Shown here piece by piece: positions 40,001-54,000 of a stretch of 64,000 bases of DNA. Below the pieces are notes generated by a model that saw only the letters and a program-made list of their open reading frames with translations, did no database searches and had not been told where the DNA came from. The first letter of the stretch is position 1. Each line of letters begins with the position of its first letter. The position numbers and the translations under genes were made by a program. This DNA is from Eledone cirrhosa. Taxonomy: Eukaryota. The stretch is taken from assembly GCA_964016885.1 (NCBI GenBank), contig OZ024741.1, positions 259,470,001 to 259,534,000 on the forward strand, read 5' to 3'.

Positions 40001-43000
40001 TCGTAAACCGAAACACTCGTAAGCCAAAACATTCGTATGTCGAAACACTCGTAAGTCGAAACACCCATAGCCGAAACACTCGTAAGTCTGAACACACGTA
40101 AGTCAGAACAGCCGTAAGTCAGAACACTCGTAAGTCAGAACACTCGTAAGTCAGAACACTCGTAAGTCAGAGCACTGGTATCGAAACACTCGTATGTCAA
40201 AACACCCGTAAGTCAAAACACTCGTAAGTCGAAACACTCGTAAGTCGAAACACTCGTATGTCGAAACATCCGTAAATCAGAACACTCGTAAGTCGAAACA
40301 CTCGTAAGTCGAAACACTCGTAAGCCGAAACACTCGTAAGTCGAAGCACTCGTATCGAAACACTCGTAAGTCGAAACACCCTTAAGTCAAAACACTCGTA
40401 AGCCAAAACACTCGTAAGTCGAAACACTCGTAAGTCGGAACACTCGTAAGTCAGAACACTCGTAAGTCAGAACACTCGTAAGTGGAAACACGCGTAAGTC
40501 GAAAGACCCGTAAGTCAAAAATCTCGTAAGTCAAAACACTCGTAAGCCGAAACACTCGTAAGTCGAAACACTCGTAAGTCGAAACACCCGTAAGTCGGAA
40601 CACTCGTAAGTCAGAATACTCGTAAGTCAAAACACTCGTAAACCGGAACACCCGTAAGGCAAAACATTCGCATGTCAAAACACTCGTAAGTCGAAACACT
40701 CGTAAGCCGAAACACTCGTAAGTCGAAACACTCGTAAGTCGAAACACTCGTAAGTCGAAACACTCGTAAGTCAGTGCACCCGTAAGTCAGAACACTCGTA
40801 GTCAGAATACTCGTAAGTCGAAACACTCGTATGTCGAAACACCCGTAAGTCGAAACATCCGTAAGTCAAAACACTCGTATGTCGAAACACTCGTAAGCCG
40901 AAACACTCATAAGTCGAAACACTCGTAAGCCGAAACACCCGTAAGTCAAAACATTCGTAAGTCAAAACACTCGTAAGTCGAAACACTCGTAAGTCGAAAC
41001 ACTCGTAAGCCGAAACAATCGTAAGTCAAAACACTCGTAAGTCGAAACACTCGTAAGCCGAAAATACTCGTAAGTCGGAACACCCGTAAGCCGAAACCCT
41101 CGTAGGTCGGAACACTCGTAAGTCGAAACACTCGTAAGTCGAAACACCCGTAAGTCGAAACACTCGTAAGTCGAAACACCCGTAAGTCGAAACATCCGTA
41201 AGTCAAAACACTCGTATGTCGAAACACTCGTAAGCCGAAACACTCGTAAGTCGGAACACTCGCAAGTCAGAACACTCGTAAGTCAGAACACTCGTAAGTC
41301 AGAACACTCGTAAGTCGAAACATTCGTAAGTCGAAACACCCGTAAGTCGAAACGCCCGTAAGTCAAAACACTCGTATGTCAAAACACTCGCAAGCCGAAA
41401 AACCGTAAGTCAAAACACTCGTAAGTCGAAACACTCGTAAATCGAAACACTCGTAAGCCGAAACACTCGTAAGCGAAAAAATTCGTTAGTCGAAACACTC
41501 GTAACCCGAAACACTCGTAAGTCGAAACACTCGAAAGCCGAAACACTCGTAAGTCGAAACACTCATAAGCCGAAACACTCGTAAGTCGGAACACTCGTAA
41601 GTCAGAACACCCGTAAATCAGAACACTCGTAGTCAGAACACTCGTAAGTCGAAACACTCGTAAGCCGAAACACTCGCAAGTCGAAGCACTCGTAATCCGA
41701 AACACTCTTAAGTCGAAACACTCGTAAGTCGGAACACTCGTAAGTCAGAACACTCGTAAGTCAGAACACTCGTAAGTCGAAACACTCGTAAGCCGAAACA
41801 TCCGTAAGTCAAAACATCCGTAAGTCAAAACATTCGTAAGTCGAAACACCCGTAGTCGAAACACTCGCAAGTCGAAACACTCGTAAGTCGAAACACGCGT
41901 AAGTCGAAACACATGTAAGTCAAAACACTCGTAAGTCAAAACACTCGTAAGCCGAAACACTCGTAAGTCGAAACACTCGTAAGTCGAAACACTCGTAAAG
42001 CGAAACGTATAAATAAATATTAATGTAATGAATTTGAAAAGCATAGAGATTTGAAACCGCGTCTATTTGTTATTTTCGTAAGTCGAAACACTCGTAAGCC
42101 GAAACACTCGTGAGCCGAAACACTCGTAAGTCGGAACACTCGTAAGTCAGAACACTCGTAAGTCAGAACACTCGTAAGTTAGAACACTCGTAAGTCAGAA
42201 CACTCGTAAGTCAGAACACTCGTAAGTCGAAACACTCGTATCGAAACACTCGTATGTCAAAACACCCGTAAGTCAAAACACTCGTAAGTCGAAACACTCG
42301 TAAGTCGAAACACTCGTAAGCCGAAACACTCGTAAGCCGAAACACTCGTAAGTCGGAACACTCGTAAGTCAGAACACTCATAAGTCAGAACACTCGTAAG
42401 TCAGAACACTCGTAAGTCGAAACACTCGTAAGCCGAAACACCGTAAGTCGAAACACCCGTATGTCGAAACACTCGTAAGCCGAAACACTCTTAAGTCGAA
42501 ACACTCATAAGCCGAAACACTCGTAAGTCGGAACACTCGTAAATCAGAACACCCGCAAGTCAGAACACTCGTAAATCAGAACACTCTTAAGTCGAAACTT
42601 ACGTACGCCGAAACAATCGTAAGTCGAAACACTCGTAAGTCGAAACATCCTTAAGTCGAAACACTCGTACACCGAAACACTCGTAAGTATAAACATTAGT
42701 AAGTCGAAACACTCGTATGTCGAAACACTCGTAAACCGAAACACTCGTAAGTCGGAACACTCGTAAGTCAGAACACTCGTAAGTCAGAACACTCGTAAGT
42801 CGAAACACTCATAAGTCGAAACACCCGTAAGTCGAAACACTCGTATGTCGAATAACTCGTAAGCCGAAACACCGTAAGTCAAAACACTCGTAAGTAGAAA
42901 CACTCGTAAGTCGAAACACCCATAAGCCGAAACACTCGTAAGCCAAAACATTCGTAAGTCGAAACACTCGTAAACCGAAACACTCGTAAGCCAAAACATT

Positions 43001-44915
43001 CGTATGTCGAAACACTCGTAAGTCGAAACACCCATAGCCGAAACACTTGTAAGTCTGAACACACGTAAGTCAGAACACCCGTAAGTCAGAACACTCGTAA
43101 GTCAGAACACTCGTAAGTCAGAACACTCGTAAGTCAGAACACTCGTAAGTCAGAGCACTCGTATCGAAACACTCGTATGTCAAAACACCCGTAAGTCAAA
43201 ACACTCGTAAGTCGAAACACTCGTAAGCCGAAACACCGTAAGCCAAAACACTCGTAAGTCGAAACACCCCTAAGTCGGAACACTCGTAAGTCGAAACACT
43301 CGTAAGTCGAAACACTCGTAAGCCGAAACACTCGTAAGCCGAAACACTCGTAAGTCGGAACACTCGTAAGTCGGAACACTCGTAAGTCAGAACACTCGTA
43401 AGTCAGAACACTCGTAAGTCAGAACACTCGTAAGTCAGAACACTCGTAAGTCGAAACACTCGTATCGAAACACTCGTATGTCAAAACACCCGTAAGTCAA
43501 AACACTCGTAAGTCGAAACACTCGTAAGTCGAAACATTCGTAAGTCGAAACATCCGTAAATCAGAACACTCTTAAGTCGAAACACTCGTAAGTCGAAACA
43601 CTCGTAAGCCGAAACACTCGTAAGTCGAAGCACTCGTATCGAAACACTCGTAAGTCGAAACACCCTTAAGTCAAAACACTCGTAAGCCAAAACACTCGTA
43701 AGTCGAAACACTCGTAAGTCGGAACACTCGTAAGTCAGAACACTCGTAAGTCAGAACACTCGTAAGTGGAAACACGCGTAAGTCGAAACACTCATAAGTC
43801 GAAACACTCGTATGTCGAATAACTCGTAAGCCGAAACACCGTAAGTCAAAACACTCGTAAGTCGAAACACTCGTAAGTCGAAACACCCATAAGCCGAAAC
43901 ACTCGTAAGCCAAAACATTCGTAAGTCGAAACACTCGTAAACCGAAACACTCGTAAGCCAAAACATTCGTATGTCGAAACACTCGTAAGTCGAAACACCC
44001 ATAGCCGAAACACTCGTAAGTCTGAACACACGTAAGTCAGAACAGCCGTAAGTCAGAACACTCGTAAGTCAGAACACTCGTAAGTCAGAACACTCGTAAG
44101 TCAGAGCACTCGTATCGAAACACTCGTATGTCAAAACACCCGTAAGTCAAAACACTCGTAAGTCGAAACACTCGTAAGTCGAAACACTCGTATGTCGAAA
44201 CATCCGTAAATCAGAACACTCGTAAGTCGAAACACTCGTAAGTCGAAACACTCGTAAGCCGAAACACTCGTAAGTCGAAGCACTCGTATCGAAACACTCG
44301 TAAGTCGAAACACCCTTAAGTCAAAACACTCGTAAGCCAAAACACTCGTAAGTCGAAACACTCGTAAGTCGGAACACTCGTAAGTCAGAACACTCGTAAG
44401 TCAGAACACTCGTAAGTGGAAACACGCGTAAGTCGAAAGACCCGTAAGTCAAAAATCTCGTAAGTCAAAACACTCGTAAGCCGAAACACTCGTAAGTCGA
44501 AACACTCGTAAGTCGAAACACCCGTAAGTCGGAACACTCGTAAGTCAGAATACTCGTAAGTCAAAACACTCGTAAACCGGAACACCCGTAAGGCAAAACA
44601 TTCGCATGTCAAAACACTCGTAAGTCGAAACACTCGTAAGCCGAAACACTCGTAAGTCGAAACACTCGTAAGTCGAAACACTCGTAAGTCGAAACACTCG
44701 TAAGTCAGTGCACCCGTAAGTCAGAACACTCGTAGTCAGAATACTCGTAAGTCGAAACACTCGTATGTCGAAACACCCGTAAGTCGAAACATCCGTAAGT
44801 CAAAACACTCGTATGTCGAAACACTCGTAAGCCGAAACACTCATAAGTCGAAACACTCGTAAGCCGAAACACCCGTAAGTCAAAACATTCGTAAGTCAAA
44901 ACACTCGTAAGTCGA
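37020..44915 (+). repeat. 3934-bp tandem duplication (units U1, U2)
   Basis: ORF twins 37012/40946, 37811/41745, 38610/42544, 39200/43134 and 40451/44385, and cassettes 38073/42007, are offset by 3934. Confidence 0.93.
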
Positions 44916-47900
44916 AACACCCGTAAGTCAAAACACTCGTATGTCGAAACACTCGTAAGCCGAAACAACGTAAGTAAAAACACTCGTAAGTCGAAACACC
45001 CATAAGTCGAAACACTCGTAAGCCGAAACACTCGTAAGTCGAAACACTCATAAGCCGAAACACTCGTAAGTCGGAACACTCGTAAATCAGAACACCCGCA
45101 AGTCAGAACACTCGTAAATCAGAACACTCTTAAGTCGAAACTCACGTACGCTGAAACACTCGTAAGTCGAAACACTCGTAAGTCGAAACATCCTTAAGTC
45201 GAAACACTCGTACACCGAAACACTCGTAAGTATAAACATTAGTAAGTCGAAACACTCGAAAGCCGAAACACTCGTAAGTCGAAACACCCGTAAATCGAAA
45301 CACCCGTAAGTCAAAACACTCGTATGTCGAAACACTCGTAAACCGAAACACTCGTAAGTCGGAACACTCGTAAGTCAGAACACTCGTAAGTCAGAACACT
45401 CGTAAGTCGAAACACTCATAAGTCGAAACACTCGTAAGTCGAAACACCCGTAAGTCGAAACCCCCGTAAGTCGAAACACTCGTATGTCGAATAACTCGTA
45501 AGCTGAAACACCGTAACTCAAAACACTCGTAAGTCAAAACACTCGTAAGTCGAAACACCCATAAGCCGAAACACTCGTAAGCCAAAACATTCGTAAGTCG
45601 AAACACCCGTAAGTCGGAACACTCGTAAGTCGAAACACTCGTAAGTCGAAACACTCGTAAGCCCAAACACTCGTAAGCCGAAACACTCGTAAGTCGGAAC
45701 ACTCGTAAGTCGGAACACTCGTAAGTCAGAACACTCGTAAGTCAGAACACTCGTAAGTCAGAACACTCGTAAGTCGAAACACCCGTAAGTCGAAACACCC
45801 GTAAGTCGAAACACTCGTATGTCGAATAACTCGTAAGCCGAAACACCGTAAGTCAAAACACTCGTAAGTCGAAACACTCGTAAGTCGAAACACCCATAAG
45901 CCGAAACACTCGTAAGCCAAAACATTCGTAAGTCGAAACACTCGTAAACCGAAACACTCGTAAGCCAAAACATTCGTAAGTCGAAACACTCGTAAGTCGA
46001 AACACCCATAGCCGAAATACTTGTAAGTCTGAACACACGTAAGTCAGAACACCCGTAAGTCAGAACACTCGTAAGTCAGAACACTCGTAAGTCAGAACAC
46101 TCGTAAGTCAGAGCACTCGTATCGAAACACTCGTATGTCAAAACACCCGTAAGTCAAAACACTCGTAAGTCGAAACACTCGTAAGCCGAAACACCGTAAG
46201 CCAAAACACTCGTAAGTCGAAACACCCGTAAGTCGGAACACTCGTAAGTCGAAACACTCGTAAGTCGAAACACTCGTAAGCCGAAACACTCGTAAGCCGA
46301 AACACTCGTAAGTCGGAACACTCGTAAGTCGGAACACTCGTAAGTCAGAACACTCGTAAGTCAGAACACTCGTAAGTCAGAACACTCGTAAGTCAGAACA
46401 CTCGTAAGTCGAAACACTCGTATCGAAACACTCGTATGTCAAAACACCAGTAAGTCGAAACACTCGTATCGAAACACTCGTATGTCAAAACACCAGTAAG
46501 TCAAAACACTCGTAAGTCGAAACACTCGTAAGCCGAAACACCGTAAGTCGAAACACCCGTATGTCGAAACACTCGTAAGCCGAAACACTCGTAAGTCGAA
46601 ACACTCGTAGTCGAAACACTCGTAAGTCGAAACACCCGTAAGTCGAAACACTCGTAAGTCGAAACACTCGTAAGCCGAAACACTCGTAAGTCGAAACACT
46701 CATAAGCCGAAACACTCGTAAGTCGAAACACTCGTAAGTCAGAACACTCGTAGTCAGAACACTCGTAAGTCAAACCACTCGTAAGCCGAAACACTCGTAA
46801 GTCGAAACACTCGTAAGTGGAAACACTCGTAAGTCGAAAAACTCGTAAGCCGGAACACTCGTAAGTCAGAACACTCGTAAGTCAGAACACTCGTAAGTCG
46901 AAACACTCGTAAGCCGAAACACCCGTAAGTCGAAACATTCGTAAGTCGAAACACCCGTAAGTCGAAACACTCGTAAGTCGAAACACTCGTAAGTCGAAAC
47001 ACCGTAAGTCAAAACACTCGTATGTCGAAACATCCGTAAATCAGAACACTCCTAAGTCAAAACACTCGTAAGTCGAAACACTCGTAAGTCAAAAATACTC
47101 GTAAGTCGAAACACCCTTAAGTAAAAACACTCGTAAGTCGAAACACTCGTAAGCCGAAACACCCGTCAGTTAAAACACCCGTAAGTCGAAACACTCGTAA
47201 GTCAAAACTCTCGTACGCCGAAACACTCGTAAGTAAAAACATTAGTAAGTCGAAACACTCGTAAGCCGAAACACTCATAAGTCGAAACACTCGTAAGCCG
47301 AAACACCCGTAAGTCAAAACATTCGTAAGTCAAAACACTCGTAAGTCGAAACACCCGTAAGTCGAAACACTCGTATGTCGAAACACTCGTAAGCCGAAAC
47401 ACCGTAAGTAAAAACACTCGTAAGTCGAAACACCCACAAGTCGAAACACTCGTAAGCCGAAACACTCGTAAGTCGAAACACTCATAAGCCGAAACACTCG
47501 TAAGTCGGAACACTCGTAAATCAGAACACCCGCAAGTCAGAACACTCGTATCGAAACACTCGTATGTCAAAACACCCGTAAGTCAAAACACTCGTAAGTC
47601 GAAACACTCGTAAGCCGAAACACCGTAAGTAAAAAAACTCGTAAGTCGAAATACTCGTAAGTCGAAACACTCGTAAGCCGAAACAATCGTAATTCAAAAC
47701 ACTCGTAAGTCGAAACACTCGTAAGCCGAAACAATCGTAAGTCGAAACACTCGTAAGCCGAAAATACTCGTAAGTCGGAACACCCGTAAGCCGAAACACT
47801 CGTATGTCGAAACACTCGTAAGCCGAAACAACATAAGTAAAAACACTCGTAAGTCGAAACACCCATAAGTCGAAACACTCGTAAGCCGAAACACTCGTAA

Positions 47901-50900
47901 GTCGAAACACTCATAAGCCGAAACACTCGTAAGTCGGAACACTCGTAAATCAGAACACCCGCAAGTCAGAACACTCGTAAATCAGAACACTCTTAAGTCG
48001 AAACTCACGTACGCCGAAACACTCGTAAGTCGAAACACTCGTAAGTCGAAACATCCTTAAGTCGAAACACTCGTACACCGAAACACTCGTAAGTATAAAC
48101 ATTAGTAAGTCGAAACACTCGTATGTCGAAACACTCGTAAACCGAAACACTCGTAAGTCGGAACACTCGTAAGTCAGAACACTCGTAAGTCAGAACACTC
48201 GTAATTCGAAACACTCATAAGTCGAAACACTCGTAAGTCGAAACACTCGTAAGTCGGAACACTCGTAAGTCGGAACACTCGTAAGTCAGAACACTCGTAA
48301 GTCAGAACACTCGTAAGTCAGAACACTCGTAAGTCAGAACACTCGTAAGTCGAAACACTCGTATCGAAACACTCGTATGTCAAAACACCCGTAAGTCAAA
48401 ACACTCGTAAGTCGAAACACTCGTAAGTCGAAACATTCGTATGTCGAAACATCCGTAAATCAGAACACTCGTAAGTCGAAACACTCGTAAGTCGAAACAC
48501 TCGTAAGCCGAAACACTCGTAAGTCGAAGCACTCGTATCGAAACACTCGTAAGTCGAAACACCCTTAAGTCAAAACACTCGTAAGCCAAAACACTCGTAA
48601 GTCGAAACACTCGTAAGTCGGAACACTCGTAAGTCAGAACACTCGTAAGTCAGAACACTCGTAAGTGGAAACACGCGTAAGTCGAAACACTCATAAGTCG
48701 AAACACTCGTAAGTCGAAACACCCGTAAGTCGAAACACCCGTAAGTCGAAACACTCGTATGTCGAATAACTCGTAAGCCGAAACACCGTAAGTCAAAACA
48801 CTCGTAAGTCGAAACACTCGTAAGTCGAAACACCCATAAGCCGAAACACTCGTAAGCCAAAACATTCGTAAGTCGAAACACTCGTAAACCGAAACACTCG
48901 TAAGCCAAAACATTCGTAAGTCGAAACACTCGTAAGTCGAAACACCCATAGCCGAAACACTCGTAAGTCTGAACACACGTAAGTCAGAACAGCCGTAAGT
49001 CAGAACACTCGTAAGTCAGAACACTCGTAAGTCAGAACACTCGTAAGTCAGAGCACTCGTATCGAAACACTCGTATGTCAAAACACCCGTAAGTCAAAAC
49101 ACTCGTAAGTCGAAACACTCGTAAGTCGAAACACTCGTATGTCGAAACATCCGTAAATCAGAACACTCGTAAGTCGAAACACTCGTAAGTCGAAACACTC
49201 GTAAGCCGAAACACTCGTAAGTCGAAGCACTCGTATCGAAACACTCGTAAGTCGAAACACCCTTAAGTCAAAACACTCGTAAGCCAAAACACTCGTAAGT
49301 CGAAACACTCGTAAGTCGGAACACTCGTAAGTCAGAACACTCGTAAGTCAGAACACTCGTAAGTGGAAACAGGCGTAAGTCGAAAGACCCGTAAGTCAAA
49401 AATCTCGTAAGTCAAAACACTCGTAAGCCGAAACACTCGTAAGTCGAAACACTCGTAAGTCGAAACACCCGTAAGTCGGAACACTCGTAAGTCAGAATAC
49501 TCGTAAGTCAAAACACTCGTAAACCGGAACACCCGTAAGGCAAAACATTCGCATGTCGAAACACTCGTAAGTCGAAACACACGTAAGTCGAAACACTCGT
49601 AAGTCGAAACACTCGTAAGTCAGTGCACCCGTAAGTCAGAACACTCGTAGTCAGAATACTCGTAAGTCGAAACACTCGTATGTCGAAACACCCGTAAGTC
49701 GAAACATCCGTAAGTCAAAACACTCGTATGTCGAAACACTCGTAAGCCGAAACACTCATAAGTCGAAACACTCGTAAGCCGAAACACCCGTAAGTCAAAA
49801 CATTCGTAAGTCAAAACACTCGTAAGTCGAAACACCCGTAAGTCAAAACACTCGTATGTCGAAACACTCGTAAGCCGAAACAACGTAAGTAAAAACACTC
49901 GTAAGTCGAAACACCCATAAGTCGAAACACTCGTAAGCCGAAACACTCGTAAGTCGAAACACTCATAAGCCGAAACACTCGTAAGTCGGAACACTCGTAA
50001 ATCAGAACACCCGCAAGTCAGAACACTCGTAAATCAGAACACTCTTAAGTCGAAACTCACGTACGCTGAAACACTCGTAAGTCGAAACATCCTTAAGTCG
50101 AAACACTCGTACACCGAAACACTCGTAAGTATAAACATTAGTAAGTCGAAACACTCGTAAGCCGAAACACTCGTAAGTCGAAACACCCGTAAATCGAAAC
50201 ACCCGTAAGTCAAAATACTCGTATGTCGAAACACTCGTAAACCGAAACACTCGTAAGTCGGAACACTCGTAAGTCAGAACACTCGTAAGTCAGAACACTC
50301 GTAAGTCGAAACACTCATAAGTCGAAACACTCGTAAGTCGAAACACCCGTAAGTCGAAAGCCCCGTAAGTCGAAACACTCGTATGTCGAATAACTCGTAA
50401 GCCGAAACACCGTAAGTCAAAACACTCGTAAGTCAAAACACTCGTAAGTCGAAACACCCATAAGCCGAAACACTCGTAAGCCAAAACATTCGTAAGTCGA
50501 AACACTCGTAAACCGAAACACTCGTAAGCCAAAACATTCGTAAGTCAAAACACTCGTAAGTCGAAACACCCATAGCCGAAACACTCGTAAGTCGGAACAC
50601 ACGTAAGTCAGAACACCCGTAAGTCAGAACACTCGTAAGTCAGAACACTCGTAAGTCAGAGCACTCGTATCGAAACACTCGTATGTCAAAACACCCGTAA
50701 GTCAAAACACTCGTAAGTCGAAACACTCGTAAGCCGAAACACCGTAAGCCAAAACACTCGTAAGTCGAAACACCCGTAAGTCGGAACACTCGTAAGTCGA
50801 AACACTCGTAAGTCGAAACACTCGTAAGCCGAAACACTCGTAAGCCGAAACACTCGTAAGTCGGAACACTCGTAAGTCGGAACACTCGTAAGTCAGAACA

Positions 50901-51059
50901 CTCGTAAGTCAGAACACTCGTAAGTCAGAACACTCGTAAGTCAGAATACTCGTAAGTCGAAACACCCGTAAGTCGAAACACCCGTAAGTCGAAACACTCG
51001 TATGTCGAATAACTTGTAAGCCGAAACACCGTAAGTCAAAACACTCGTAAGTCGAAACA

Positions 51060-54000
51060 CTCGTAAGCCGAAACACCCGTAAGTCAAAACATTCGTAAGT
51101 CAAAACACTCGTAAGTCGAAACACTCGTAAGTCGAAACACTCGTAAGCCGAAACAATCGTAAGTCAAAACACTCGTAAGTCGAAACACTCGTAAGCCGAA
51201 AATACTCGTAAGTCGGAACACCCGTAAGCCGAAACCCTCGTAGGTCGGAACACTCGTAAGTCGAAACACTCGTAAGTCGAAACACCCGTAAGTCGAAACA
51301 CTCGTAAGTCGAAACACCCGTAAGTCGAAACATCCGTAAGTCAAAACACTCGTATGTCGAAACACTCGTAAGCCGAAACACTCGTAAGTCGGAACACTCG
51401 CAAGTCAGAACACTCGTAAGTCAGAACACTCGTAAGTCAGAACACTCGTAAGTCGAAACATTCGTAAGTCGAAACACCCGTAAGTCGAAACGCCCGTAAG
51501 TCAAAACACTCGTATGTCAAAACACTCGCAAGCCGAAAAACCGTAAGTCAAAACACTCGTAAGTCGAAACACTCGTAAATCGAAACACTCGTAAGCCGAA
51601 ACACTCGTAAGCGAAAAAATTCGTTAGTCGAAACACTCGTAACCCGAAACACTCGTAAGTCGAAACACTCGAAAGCCGAAACACTCGTAAGTCGAAACAC
51701 TCATAAGCCGAAACACTCGTAAGTCGGAACACTCGTAAGTCAGAACACCCGTAAATCAGAACACTCGTAGTCAGAACACTCGTAAGTCGAAACACTCGTA
51801 AGCCGAAACACTCGCAAGTCGAAGCACTCGTAATCCGAAACACTCTTAAGTCGAAACACTCGTAAGTCGGAACACTCGTAAGTCAGAACACTCGTAAGTC
51901 AGAACACTCGTAAGTCGAAACACTCGTAAGCCGAAACATCCGTAAGTCAAAACATCCGTAAGTCAAAACATTCGTAAGTCGAAACACCCGTAGTCGAAAC
52001 ACTCGCAAGTCGAAACACTCGTAAGTCGAAACACGCGTAAGTCGAAACACATGTAAGTCAAAACACTCGTAAGTCAAAACACTCGTAAGCCGAAACACTC
52101 GTAAGTCGAAACACTCGTAAGTCGAAACACTCGTAAAGCGAAACGTATAAATAAATATTAATGTAATGAATTTGAAAAGCATAGAGATTTGAAACCGCGT
52201 CTATTTGTTATTTTCGTAAGTCGAAACACTCGTAAGCCGAAACACTCGTGAGCCGAAACACTCGTAAGTCGGAACACTCGTAAGTCAGAACACTCGTAAG
52301 TCAGAACACTCGTAAGTTAGAACACTCGTAAGTCAGAACACTCGTAAGTCAGAACACTCGTAAGTCGAAACACTCGTATCGAAACACTCGTATGTCAAAA
52401 CACCCGTAAGTCAAAACACTCGTAAGTCGAAACACTCGTAAGTCGAAACACTCGTAAGCCGAAACACTCGTAAGCCGAAACACTCGTAAGTCGGAACACT
52501 CGTAAGTCAGAACACTCATAAGTCAGAACACTCGTAAGTCAGAACACTCGTAAGTCGAAACACTCGTAAGCCGAAACACCGTAAGTCGAAACACCCGTAT
52601 GTCGAAACACTCGTAAGCCGAAACACTCTTAAGTCGAAACACTCATAAGCCGAAACACTCGTAAGTCGGAACACTCGTAAATCAGAACACCCGCAAGTCA
52701 GAACACTCGTAAATCAGAACACTCTTAAGTCGAAACTTACGTACGCCGAAACAATCGTAAGTCGAAACACTCGTAAGTCGAAACATCCTTAAGTCGAAAC
52801 ACTCGTACACCGAAACACTCGTAAGTATAAACATTAGTAAGTCGAAACACTCGTATGTCGAAACACTCGTAAACCGAAACACTCGTAAGTCGGAACACTC
52901 GTAAGTCAGAACACTCGTAAGTCAGAACACTCGTAAGTCGAAACACTCATAAGTCGAAACACCCGTAAGTCGAAACACTCGTATGTCGAATAACTCGTAA
53001 GCCGAAACACCGTAAGTCAAAACACTCGTAAGTAGAAACACTCGTAAGTCGAAACACCCATAAGCCGAAACACTCGTAAGCCAAAACATTCGTAAGTCGA
53101 AACACTCGTAAACCGAAACACTCGTAAGCCAAAACATTCGTATGTCGAAACACTCGTAAGTCGAAACACCCATAGCCGAAACACTTGTAAGTCTGAACAC
53201 ACGTAAGTCAGAACACCCGTAAGTCAGAACACTCGTAAGTCAGAACACTCGTAAGTCAGAACACTCGTAAGTCAGAACACTCGTAAGTCAGAGCACTCGT
53301 ATCGAAACACTCGTATGTCAAAACACCCGTAAGTCAAAACACTCGTAAGTCGAAACACTCGTAAGCCGAAACACCGTAAGCCAAAACACTCGTAAGTCGA
53401 AACACCCCTAAGTCGGAACACTCGTAAGTCGAAACACTCGTAAGTCGAAACACTCGTAAGCCGAAACACTCGTAAGCCGAAACACTCGTAAGTCGGAACA
53501 CTCGTAAGTCGGAACACTCGTAAGTCAGAACACTCGTAAGTCAGAACACTCGTAAGTCAGAACACTCGTAAGTCAGAACACTCGTAAGTCGAAACACTCG
53601 TATCGAAACACTCGTATGTCAAAACACCCGTAAGTCAAAACACTCGTAAGTCGAAACACTCGTAAGTCGAAACATTCGTAAGTCGAAACATCCGTAAATC
53701 AGAACACTCTTAAGTCGAAACACTCGTAAGTCGAAACACTCGTAAGCCGAAACACTCGTAAGTCGAAGCACTCGTATCGAAACACTCGTAAGTCGAAACA
53801 CCCTTAAGTCAAAACACTCGTAAGCCAAAACACTCGTAAGTCGAAACACTCGTAAGTCGGAACACTCGTAAGTCAGAACACTCGTAAGTCAGAACACTCG
53901 TAAGTGGAAACACGCGTAAGTCGAAACACTCATAAGTCGAAACACTCGTATGTCGAATAACTCGTAAGCCGAAACACCGTAAGTCAAAACACTCGTAAGT

